Assembly (NCBI GenBank): GCA_040954595.2
Contig: CM082597.2
Coordinates: 5,709,244-5,773,243 of the forward strand
Source: Balanoglossus misakiensis
Lineage: Eukaryota; Animalia; Hemichordata
Reading direction: 5' to 3'
DNA length: 64,000 nucleotides
The position numbers and the translations under genes were made by a program. Shown piece after piece: positions 14,601 to 26,200 of this stretch (within the stretch, counting starts at the first letter, position 1; the number at the start of each line of letters is the position of its first letter). Below the pieces are notes generated by a model, which saw nothing but the letters and a program-made list of their open reading frames with translations, was not told where the DNA came from and did no database searches.

Positions 14601-17600
14601 AGCTAGCTGTGGTTTTCATGACAGCCTACCATCGCCCGCTATAGTTTGGTCAGATTTCGTTCAGACTCTTGATGAGGAATCCGCCATACGAACACCGTCT
14701 ATGTGCGACGGTATGTAATTGTCTTTTTCCACATCGTTTCATATTCCCTGAGGTCAGCCATTTTTCTTTCGTTTGACTGTTTGTTTGACCTCACCACATT
14801 GGTTGTTTGCAATGATGATTGATAATATGTATTTCTTCTTTCCTTCTCTGTCTGCTTAGGCCAAATACATAAAAATATGTGCTGTTCCGATTACCCCACC
14901 TACCCAAATTTTAGCTCGCCGACCGGAAACTTTTTACAGCTTCATAAACCGAATGTAAATTTTATGAAAATTGCGAAAATCACGCAAGAACTTATGACAT
15001 CATTCTTCTACACTATTGCGGCCAAAGATTTAAAACAATAATTTCTACCTGTCTACCTATTTTTGGAAACAGCAGATATTTTTTTACGAATACCTGTCTT
15101 GATTTACAGATATGAACGAGTGTGAGAGTCAGCCCTGTGAGGGCCTCAGCACCTGCATTGACAAAATCGGTGGCTTTGACTGCACATGTCAGAAAGGACT
15201 GACTGGACCACGCTGTGAGGTCAACATTGATGACTGTATAGTCCATGCGTGCCAGAATGGTGCCACATGTGTGGATGGCTACGATAAGTATACTTGTCAA
15301 TGTGCCAAGGGTTTCAAAGGCAGCGTCTGTGAAGTTCAAATTAGTAAGTCAAACACTTTTGAACGCTATCAATATCTGCATAAGCAACATCCATTGGCCA
15401 ATAGACCACTTTCGTGACCCTGGTCGTGACCAATGTGTGACTTTTAGCTCCAAGCATTATGTTGTGAATGTATCTCCCTAACAGTCAATAGTTCTGATGA
15501 ATTAGTGCTCTAGACTCATATTTAAAAAATTGGATTTGTATGTTACAAAACTGGGTTTATAATGATGACTACAAATAACAGAAAGGGGTGTGGTCACTTA
15601 AGGGTCATGAAGGTGGACTATTGTTATCGGTCTTCCGGGGATATAGTATTACATGTACATGGAAGAACTATGAATGTTTCAGTTTAGATACTATAGTCTG
15701 ATTCTTCTCATGGCACCCATTTTCTTTCGCAGTGAAACTCTTTTTAGATTTATTTAATAATTTTAATCCTTCCTACTCTTCAGAAAATGGTCGATGGAGC
15801 GAATGGTCAGAATGGGCACTGTGTAGTCGTACATGCGGGCAGGGAGAAAAAACAAGATGGCGGCAATGTGACAACCCTTCTCCTGACCCGGAAGGAGAAC
15901 CCTGTAGGGGTCAGAATGTCTCTGTTGCCAGTTGTGGGGAGAGTGAGTGTCCAGGTACATGTAGTTAGAATTTTGTGGGTATACATGTACGTTCCAGTGT
16001 GTTGATCAGACAGTGATTATAGAAAAGGAAAATAGTAGAAAATGACGCAAGTCTTGATTTATAACACTGTTGTTTTCACAATACACCCAGTACAAATTGG
16101 CCACATAAAATGCAATTTAATTCCCAGAGAAAATCATATCAACGAAATGTATTTCATAACGATTTAAGCGTACTTGTCTTGTTTGTTGGTTCAGTTGAAA
16201 TAATTTCTGGTCTAATAGTTTTAACCTTGATTTTGTGTCTTAAGATTTTCTTCATGGATGTCTGTGGCCAACGTATTATTTTCCGGTTTCTTTCTGTATA
16301 GCTTGTCAGACTCCACACCGCCCTCTGCGCGGATATTTACACTGTGACATTATCAACGATGAGGAATATAATTGCAACATCAGCTGCAGACAGGGGTATA
16401 GGTTCAGCACCCCAGTTGCCAAGCAATATTTTTGTGGTCCGAATACGGGGTATAGATGGAGTCATGAAGGACCTTTGAACCCGCGAGCCAGATTTCCAGC
16501 TTGCACAGGTTGGTGTAATTTAATTTAAAGTCATTTAAAATGTGATACTTATATGGAGAATAGTACTGTACATACCAATGAAACCATAATCGCCAAACAG
16601 GAACATATGACTTCATAAAATCCAACAGAATTGGAAAACAAGAAAGATCAGTGCAGATAGAGATAGAATGCATTTGTAGATATTATAATGCCATATTTAT
16701 TAGATACCATTAACTAGTTAAGTAGTATGATTTTTCTTTGAATCCAATGAATCTATACGAAAAATAACTATGTATCTATATATTCAATTGCATCAATTTA
16801 TGGAATGCGGATTAATAGATTGGAATATAACATAGTTGCACTTGGTCTATTATGTTGTAGTTCCTGTACAATAATATATGCATTGACTGAAAGAAGTATA
16901 TTGAAGGAAACAGACAAACATTAAACAGAAACAACAATAACAACAGCAACAACAACTATTGTATTGTGTTTCAAAATGACACTTTCTGGACGCTCTTGAG
17001 CTCCATGTTTAATACAAGTACACGTGTAAATAATTTTCACAGAGATTGACATCCCAGATGAGTTGGTGGTCAACTACCAGTTAAGGTATCCAGGAGTGAC
17101 TTGTGGTGGAGGCAGCGAACTATCAGATGCGAGAGACAGCATAGATGACGTCATAAATGAAAACCTGAACGACATAGAATGTGTACAGGAAAAGCAGTGC
17201 AAAATAGCCAACGTCAATATTGGAGGCTGTCGACAGAAGAGGGAGACAGATGAGATGAACAGTATTGTTGTTGATGTTCAGATTTCAAAAACTGTTACTG
17301 TGTTGCCTAAAAACGATAGCAACAAAACGGGTAAGCTTAATTGTAAGGCCAAACTTAACAATATAACACTTTCTGCTGGATGTGGTTCATAGGTTTCTGT
17401 AAGCAATACCTATCTGGAAACACTTGCTATTGGAATCCTCCTTTCTATGTTCATGTAGATTTCCTGTCGAAAATAGATTCTGTAGTATAATGTATTTCTT
17501 GCGTATTTATGGATGTAACACATTTAATTTCAACCTGATTGGAACTATTTTGGGATAATTGCATACCGATAAAATGCGTACAAAACGATTAGTATTCGTT

Positions 17601-20600
17601 GTATTTGGGGAGAATGTGGTATTTCTGTTATTGTTTGGCCAAAACAAAACAAAGGGATAAATATGTTGAGTGTGTAGGCTGCATGTACTGTGCTGAGACT
17701 TTTACAGAGTTTATTACAGTGCAACTATCCCAAAATAGTTTCAATCGTGTTATTTCTCTTTTCAGACGCCGCATATCAAAACTTAATGGCTCTGAAATCT
17801 GCCATCGTCGAATTGGAGAACGCAGCAGCGACGATCCGCAACAAAACAATGGACAAATCTTTTGACGTCATCGTCAATGGACACAGGGTGTCGGTTGATT
17901 ATAACCAATCAGAGCCTGAAGGGTTGGTCACGTGTCAAAGTGGTATGGTAAGAAACCAAGTTTTCTGTGGTAAGTAGACGGAAATTGATGTGTCTTCGGA
18001 TAATTGTTTGTCCGTCTAAGCAATGAGATTATTATTTCAGAGAAACAGTGGGATATTTATATATTGCTACCTCTTAAAGTCCCAGTATTTCTCGTAGGGG
18101 CAAAATTTTGTTTGAAACGGCATCTATAATTTCTAAAAGTAGATGATAATTGATTCTGAATCGAACAGTCATCATCCCCAGCTCTGCTCATAAACTCATA
18201 CAATTTACAATATAACGAGTGAAGAATGACTTTCTGTCCGGACAGAAAGTCACGTGAGTCAGGCTCCTGTTGACACACGTGACTAGTGCGCATGCGCACT
18301 CCAATGTGAATCTATGCGGAAGAGGTTTGGTCGCCCCAAATCAAGCGACTCAGCGAAGAAATGCGCACTAATTCGGCGAAATTTTGGGAAGATAACTTTA
18401 TGGGAGAAATCAGTCGATGGAACCAGATCAAATCCGAAAATGGTCTGACCATCAAATGTCAAAGTGGCACGTTTGCTGATCGACATGTGCAACATGTCCG
18501 TTGTAAACAAACCCGCGCATCATTTCAAGTGTTACGGGCAATATTTACAGCTTGCACGTAGCTACAGTTGCCCAAACCTTTCTTCTGTCTTCATTATGTA
18601 GTATTCCATGATGAATGTACGGGAAAAACGGGCATTTTTCGATGATGAAAAATGGATACACACGAGAAATACTGGGGCTTTAAATTTTAGTCAAAATTAA
18701 GTTAAAATCCATAGGTTATATAAATAATCAAATAAAATGAATACATTTCAGTTGAAGATGTTTTTCCATGAGGATCCTTATTTCTGTTGTTTTAGTGAAA
18801 TGTGCAGTCGGTACGTTCTACCAAAATGGGGAGTGTCTGCCATGTCCTATTGGTCACTACCAAGATCAAGAAGGTCAACTGGCATGCATGGAGTGTCCTG
18901 GTGAACTCACAACTGACGGTCAAGGGTCAAGCAGTGTCCAAGAATGCATAGGTCAGTAACAGATAAGGACTTGGGCATTGTTTGCCATTTTTGGGGTCAA
19001 AAATCTTCTCGGAAGCCTTGTTCTATTGCTTTGAAATTTGTGATGTAGAAGCTTTAGGATATCATGTCCACAGAGGTAAAAGAGATGTATTCATTTTTAA
19101 CAGTTAAAATAGAATAGAAAACAAGGATATGCTGATGACGATGATGATGATGATGATGATGATGGTGGTGATGATGTCTTAAAATGATAGTGGAAGTTTA
19201 TTCTCTGATCTTTTTGTCACAGAAATTACGACGCCATCTTATTCCAGTACTGACGTCACAAACTTTTCAGGTAAGACTCGTCGCCGATGCTGTTTCATTA
19301 TTAATGATCATTGCTTCGATGTCATACAAAACAATATATTTTGTTATAATAGAGACAGTTTATAACATGTTTTATTCACGCGATTCTCTTGCAGAAGCAA
19401 GCAGTGATGGGGAAAGCGACAGGGATCGAGAGATATTTGGAGAAATACCGTTTCTACTCACGTTCATCTCAATACCGATTTTAATATTTATTATCGTCAT
19501 GGCGATATTCATGTGTCGGTGCTGGTAAGACAATTTTCTTAGAAGTTAAAGACACCAAATTTATCTATCTATCTATCTGGCTGGCTGACTGGCTGTCTGG
19601 CTTGCTGTCTGTCTTCTGTCTGTCTGGCTGTCTGGCTGTCTGGCTTGCTGTCTGGCTAGCTTGCTGTCTGGCTTGCTGTCTGGCTAGCTTGCTGTCTGGC
19701 TGTCTGGCTTGCTGTCTGGCTGGCTGGCTGTCTGGCTGGCTGTCTGCTGTCTGTCTGGCTGGCTGGCTGTCTGGCTTGCTGTCTGCTGTCTGTCTGTCTG
19801 GCTGGCTGTCTGGCTTGCTGTCTGCTGTCTGGCTTGCTGTCTAGCTGTCTGGCTTGCTGTCTGCTGTCTGGCTGGCTGGCTGTCTGGCTGGCTGTCTGGC
19901 TTGCTGTCTGCTGTCTGGCTTGCTGTCTGGCTGGCTTGCTGTCTGGCTGGCTGGCTGTTTGGCTTGCTGTCTGCTGTCTGTCTGGCTAGCTGGCCGTCTG
20001 GCTAGCTGGCTGTCTGGCTGGCTGGCTGTCTGGCTTGCTGTCTGCTGTCTGGCTTGCTGTCTAGCTGTCTGGCTTGCTGTCTGCTGTCTGCTGTCTGTCT
20101 GGCTAGCTGGCCGTCTGGCTAGCTGGCTGTCTGGCTGGCTGGCTGTCTGGCTTGCTGTCTGCTGTCTGGCTTGCTGTCTAGCTGTCTGGCTTGCTGTCTG
20201 CTGTCTGGCTGGCTGGCTGTCTGGCTGGCTGGCTGGCTAGCTGGCTGTCTGGCTTGCTGTCTGGCTTGCTGTCTGTCTGGCTGGCTGGCTGTCTGGCTTG
20301 CTGTCTGCTGTCTGGCTTGCTGTCTGGCTGGCTTGCTGTCTGGCTGGCTGGCTGTTTGGCTTGCTGTCTGCTGTCTGGCTGGCTGGCTGGCTGTCTGGCT
20401 TGCTGTCTGTCTGGCTGGCTGGCTGTCTGGCTGGCTTGCTGTCTGGCTGGCTGGCTGTTTGGCTTGCTTGCTGGCTGGCTGTTTAGCTTGCTGTCTGCTG
20501 TCTGGCTGGCTAGCTGGCTGTCTGGCTTGCTGTCTGCTGGCTGGCTGGCTGGCTGTCTGGCTTGCTGTCTGGCTGTCTGGCTTGCTGGCTGTCTGCTGTC

Positions 20601-20945
20601 TGGCTGGCTAGCTGGCTGTCTGGCTGTCTGGTTTGCTGTCTGCTGCCTGGCTGGCTGGCTGGCTTGCTGTCTGGCTGTCTGGCTTGCTGTCTGCTGTCTG
20701 TCTGTCTGGCTAGCTGGCTGTATGGCTGGCTGGCTGCATGTCAAACGTTCTTTAGTAAAATAACTCTTTATTTTTCAAACAGGAGACGACAAGGTCGATT
20801 AGTAGTTTTCAAGAAAACATCGCGAAAGCGAGGCGACAAAACATTGTCACTGAGGGACCGCGTGGTGCTGAAATATGACCCAGTCACAGGAACAGAAAAG
20901 GGGGAAACCACGGACGAGGATGAATACGACGAATCGCATTTGTGA
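2632..20945 (+). CDS. SVEP1/uninflatable-like type I transmembrane multidomain protein (HYR, sushi, GCC2/3, pentraxin/LamG, EGF, TSP1, TM); 5'-incomplete
   Basis: 22 GT-AG exons with consistent phases, ~1,477 codons: 2632-2761 and 3960-4075 (HYR: DIARPTIGGCPGNITV...YIAVDKHGNVAACSFTVSV), 8111-8299 and 8872-9054 (sushi), 9524-9775 (HYR), 10181-10378 and 10885-11079 (sushi), 11582-12163, 12573-12734 and 12922-13083 (GCC2/3 CPIGYYQ type), 13489-13717, 14006-14217 and 14489-14710 (pentraxin/LamG: WHHLMILWDG, FVGDVTNLYIWDRLL), 15110-15343 (2 EGF), 15784-15954 (TSP1 WSEWSEWALCSRTCG), 16302-16508 (sushi-like), 17043-17330, 17766-17969, 18796-18951 (GCC2/3), 19223-19270, 19395-19524 (TM), 20783-20945 (tail, TGA). 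No start or signal exon found. Confidence 0.9.
2779..3128. mobile_element. Palindromic (foldback) non-autonomous DNA transposon, Kolobok-like
   Basis: TTAA|AGGGACAAAGTCTCTCTCTCGCTGCC...GGCAGCGAGAGAGAGAGACTTTGTCCCT|TTAA. The whole element is an imperfect inverted repeat centred on CGGTCTCTATATATAGAGACCG. TTAA TSD with purine-purine termini fits Kolobok. Partial copies at ~32740-32888, ~35375-35435, ~48150-48343 and ~63085-63113. Confidence 0.8.
5340..5485. repeat. (CT)n-rich low-complexity tract
   Basis: CTCTCT runs, which generate the spurious ORFs 5315-5524 and 5337-5543. Confidence 0.8.
11349..11515. mobile_element. Small hairpin MITE
   Basis: Imperfect inverted ends ATACAACCTCCTCATAAGTC...GACTTATGAAAAGGGTGTAT, plus an internal inverted repeat TGAACTCAAAGCGAGGCCAATGGGGAA / TTCCCCATAGGTCTCGCTGTGAGTTCA. 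Confidence 0.5.
15400..15622. mobile_element. MITE, possibly PIF/Harbinger-like
   Basis: Imperfect TIRs AATAGACCACTTTCGTGACCC...GGGTCATGAAGGTGGACTATT. Confidence 0.5.
18078..18679. mobile_element. Non-autonomous Kolobok-like DNA transposon
   Basis: TTAA|AGTCCCAGTATTTCTCGT...ACGAGAAATACTGGGGCT|TTAA; TIRs plus TTAA TSD, intronic. Confidence 0.7.
19562..20740. repeat. ~1.2 kb compound (CTGG/CTGT/CTTG)n simple repeat in the last intron of the SVEP1-like gene
   Basis: Continuous array of CTGG, CTGT, CTTG and CTAG tetramers, almost free of A on the + strand. It lies between the donor at 19525 and the acceptor at 20782. Confidence 0.95.
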
Positions 20946-21330
20946 TTAACACGTATGATCATCCCAGTGAGAGAAACAACTGAACGAGGATGCTTGTGAT
21001 AAATTTAAATTGTGTTTAAAAACAATTTTGTACAAGAAAACATCAAATGTGATGAAAAAAAAACTTTTTACATGTAGAGTGGCCGTCTTGCAGCTAAATC
21101 TATGCGTCCAAAAGCCAAGAGTACAGAGAAGTTTCCATGAAACATGACGTAATGCACGTATTGACCAATAGAATTTAAGTTATAATGACAATGGAAGGCA
21201 ACCCGGTACGTGATGTAATTTTAAGCGAGCCTGTAAATATACACATAAATATAATTGGATATTTTTTATTATTATTTCAGTAATGATAATATGCGTAAAA
21301 TTGATGTATTAAAAGTTGCCGCATGTTTTG

Positions 21331-21336
21331 AATAAA
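21331..21336 (+). terminator. Putative polyadenylation signal of the SVEP1-like gene
   Basis: AATAAA(ATAAAA) about 390 nt after the stop codon, followed by a T/GT-rich tract (TTTTCTTGTTTTAGTTTGTGTGGGTTGTGTT). Confidence 0.5.
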
Positions 21337-22081
21337 ATAAAACTACAGTTACTTTTCTTGTTTTAGTTTGTGTGGGTTGTGTTCATTGTTGCTGGATGGT
21401 TCCCATCTGCGAAACTGTTTATTTATCTTCCTGCCATTAACGCAAAAAGATATGCCAAAAGACTGGGAGTTTTAAATTATTATCTGTGACAAATTCATCA
21501 TCTTGTGTATACAATACAATGAGATCGTCATTGTGGAAATGTAATGTTTATCTTTAATTCACATAGAAACTGTTTACAAATGTCTAAATGGCAGTAAAGT
21601 GTACAAAACGTGAAATATCAAAAACAACAATATAATCTTGCTATCATTTCAAAATTTTGTGCATTAAAATTATGCAATTGTTTTTAGCACCTGCTGCAGT
21701 AAAAATCCGAATAAGATAAATTCTTAACAAAATAAACAAATTTTTAAATGGTAAACATTAATCTAGTAACAAATCGATCAGAAGAAAAGAGTGTATATAA
21801 ACCATATATCTGTTTTATAAAAACATATATTATATCCATTCTTCTTTTTAGAAAACTTAACTAAAACCAAAGAGGATTTATATGACGTCATTCTTTTTCC
21901 AGGTTGACATAAACGGTCATATAGATTTACTGTTGTGTTGCTGTTGCCACCGGTACCAAGCGATAAACCCTTTTCGGGAAATTAGTGTCATTGAAATGTC
22001 TGTGTGGTGGCTATCACCATTATCGTGCAGTTAATGTTGTGTTGTGCTTTCTGGCAGTGACAGGACAGGACGGTCACATAC

Positions 22082-25000
22082 TCAAAGTCGTTCGTCTCTG
22101 TTTTCTCTGTCATCTAAATTGACGTAGACGGAGCGGTCAAGTTGACATATCCTGATGTGTTTCTGGAAGAAAAGAAACAAAAATTCAACTTTTATTGAAA
22201 AATCAAGAGGACCATGAAAAAATACTTTTAAGTTTCGTTCTGGAACATGGCAGACAAAAATGTGTGATCGGATATTTTGACGTACCTTTTGATTTGTCGC
22301 CATGTCAAACAGCTGAGAAGAAATGTCTTTGAACTTCGGTCTCTTTTCTGGCACCATCTGCCAACATCTTTTCATTATCATAAATCTATAAGGTAAAAGA
22401 GAATCGTGTAATCACTTTAGTTGTTTCCTTGTAGATCCGTCACGATTGTTTATTTGTGTACAGTTACTGTTGGAGCATAAAGCCTCTAGAGCTGCCAAAT
22501 TTCATATATATTTTCCTTAGTAAAGTACATCAAATATATTCCCTATCCTCTAAAATCCTCACCATCAAGCCATATTACTTGTATTTGCATCAGTTTGTCA
22601 TCTCTTGGGGACGCGTACTACGATAGCTGTGTACTGTTTATATGGAGGCTGATTAAATCGGTGCGGCACCATTTTAATACATAGCAACATGCAATCACAA
22701 TGGGGTATCCTTAAGGTGTTCATGTTTACCTATCAGTAAGCTTTTTTAGATGGACCAATTTAAGGTGGAAAATAAAATCATGAAAATAAAGTGGCAGCTC
22801 TAAAGGCTTTAAACTCGTACTTACATATCCTCGGTGCAATGTGTTGGTTTGTCCATGATGTGACCGCTCTCCACTCTAGTCCTGACTTCCTGCATGGAAC
22901 ACTGTGGATACGGCGTGGACCCCAGTGTGATGATCTCGTACACCATGATTCCGTACGACCAGACGTCACTGTAGATGGTGTAGACGTTTTTGGAGAGAGA
23001 CTCAGGCGCCATCCACCTGACAGGCAAGGGTCCCTAAACATTTTAACATACATAGACCAGGTTATGATTTAAACTGCATTCCTGTCACATCGTCTGTGGT
23101 CAAATACAGATACATATGGAACCAGTATGGAAACCCCATGAGACTTGAAGTCTGAGAAGTAAAACGAGTCCAAGATTGCTAATTTGTAAAAATCGCTCTG
23201 GCCTTATGACGCAATGAAATGTTCGTCGTAATAAACCCACCTCGGATTTCTTTTCGTAGATTTCATCTTCATTGATGGTCTTAGCCAGGCCAAAATCTGC
23301 AATGCGGCACGTCATGTCCTCACAGACCAGAATATTACGGGCCGCCAGATCGCGATGAATACACTGTGAGGATGAGAAATATGGTGAATTAATTTTTCAA
23401 GTTGTACATTGTCAGACAAGCGTAGCATTTTGATACATGCACTTGGGTTATTATTATTTGCCGAAGATATGGCCTAATGTGGCATTTGTAAAAACAGGAG
23501 GAAACGGTCATTATTTTTTTTCTTTTTGTTGCGGCAACTCTAAGCTTATTTTGTTTTATTTCACAAAGATATCCATAATTCAAACTTTGAAATACAGTGT
23601 GTGTCAACGTTACCTGTGATTTTTGACTATACGAACTGTACAGACATCAGTGTATACTCAGACACAAACGTCACAGAATCAAGAAATTAACGGCGAATTC
23701 GTTCGTGCAGACTTACCCTTGACTTGTGTATAAACGCCATGCCGTCAGCGATTTGCCAAGCGAAGTAGACAAGGTCTCGGTGAAGACGGCTGATGTCGTG
23801 AGGTGCTTGGCCTTGCTCGTGAAGTCGCCGATATTTGCGCAGGAAATCTCGAAGGTTCCCGCATGTGGCGAGCTCCATAACCAGGTAGATCGGCGACGCT
23901 ATTAAAGAGAGATTTTGACAATCATTATAATCTCAACACAAACCAGTAATTTCTCCTGTAGGTTTTGACAAAGTACGGTATAGTGTTCCTAAATTCCACT
24001 TCACATACAACATGTTCGACGGTTTCAGAGTAGTGGCTAAGAAATTTCTTCAATATTAGGCTACACAACATAATAGAATACATGAATCAATACCTATGTC
24101 AGGTTTTGTACAGCAGCCAAGAAGAGCGACGACGTAAGGATGGTGACCGAATCTCTTCATCATTTCCAACTCCCTGATCAAGTTCAATTTCTCAGCATAA
24201 GTCACTGGTTCTGAAAGTATAGTAAGTAAACAATAGTTACCGTGTGTGTGTGAGAGAGAGAGAAATGGGGAGGGAGAGACAGACAGAGACAGAGAGAGAA
24301 TGAGAAAGAGAGACACACAGAAAAAATAAACTTACCTTTTAACGTTTTGACTGCTACCTTCTGTGTTTTCACACAATCTTTAAGAGTTAACGTGGCTTCA
24401 TAAACCTGTCCGAAATGACCCGTACCAAGTTGGCGACCAACAGATATATTGCTTCGCGGGATCTCGAAGGCGTCTTGCCCTTGGTGTGGCAGGTAGCAAG
24501 ACGATACTCTGGTCTGACCGCCAGTACTGTCGATGCTGACGGATGACTGCGAGGAAAACGTGGAACTCATCGCGATTAAATCGCCGAGCTCCGAGCGGTA
24601 CTTGGAGAAAGCGCCTGGTGTGTGACGATTACTTGTATGTATGAAAGTGTCGTCGTAGTTCCCCCTCGCAGCGAGCCTGCTTGCAGACACTGACCGCATC
24701 CTTTCGTAGTAGAGTTCCACCCATGACGGTTTGATAGTCTCTGACGTTGGTGGCGAGTCTTCGTCGATGAAAACGTCATCAGAGATATCACTTATCCTTC
24801 TCTGAAAGAAAATAGCAATATTGACGAGCCAGAAGTTAAATATACGGCAACTAAATAATGTATACTTTTATAGAAGTTTACGTAAAGTATTTATTTTTGT
24901 ATAACCAGTTATATACCATGTTACTTGACTTGGGTCTGCAAGATTTTGTTTTATTTATGTAAATAAAACAACATCTTGTATACCAAACCGGCTGTAACAT

Positions 25001-26168
25001 CTAGTATTAGTAAAATGAAATCAAATGTTGTATACTTTTTTTATAAAAACTATAATATATTATTGGTAATCTTTAGAAGCATTAACGAAATTCTGTGGGA
25101 AACGTCAGACGAGGCTCTGATATAGAGAAATGCTCCACCTTACTCTGGTAATAATCGACTTACCGGTTGTTGTTGTCGTGATCCGGTGTCAGTTTCCGCC
25201 GTTGACGAACTGGAAGTTCTCATCATGTTCTTTTCTTCATCACATTTCTAAAAATACACAGATCAATTTTCCACTTACTGTGATAACCATTAAAATCATA
25301 GACGAAGAAAAAGGATGTAAATTATCATTGCCATAAATAATCCTTGGTTTTCACTACCAAACCTATACATGCTATAGGAGTTAAGCCAATTATGACATTG
25401 ATTGTTGCATAGTCGTATATGCTTAAGACACTTATCAGGACTGCCCATATGGTTCTAACATTCAGTATGTCGACTAAATAATAGCTGGATACTCATCACA
25501 AAGTGACTATAAGATACATAGAGACCAGCATTGATAATTTAACCTAGTTAGAGAGGCTGGCCGTGGTCTGGCAATATGCAGTATTGGTCTGTTCTCTGTG
25601 TGGTGAATCGTGTGAGCCGTGCTCTAACGGTCACCGAAAATTCGAATTTTGGAAAAAAAATAAGAGTGTGTGAACTTCTTACATTTTGCGTAGTTTTCTT
25701 TCTTCGGTGCCAGATGACAATGATAATGGCGGCGATGATGGCGAAGGTACCGACAACAGCAACCGACAGCGTTATAATCCTGTCGACATCAGCCCCTTGA
25801 ACCTCGTCTTGTAGGAGAACCTCTTTCATTTGCTGATCGACGACATCATTGGTAATGTTTATAGTGTCTATGTGTTGATCGGTGATGGCATTTTGCTTGG
25901 ATAGAACGGTTAGTGTCGTCGTATCCTGGGTGGCGTCATACGCGTCTGTGTTGTCGCTGCTCGGTGTATCGCTTGGAAGGTCACGTGGTGCTGGAATTGA
26001 AACAGAGAGATAGGGATTGACAATAAATCAGAGATACTCCAGTAATCTCCAGTCGTGATAACATATTAAAGTAACGACGTTGTTGCTGATACTATCGGTT
26101 GCACGCATGCATGTGTTGCTTGATCGAATCATTGATTGACCAATCGACCGATTGCGTGGTTGACTGAC

Positions 26169-26200
<32 letters not shown>

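Noticed and set aside
19602-20763. Multiple long Leu/Ala/Cys/Trp-rich ORFs and an antisense Gln-rich ORF
   Set aside because: They are translations of a nearly A-free simple repeat within a GT-AG intron.
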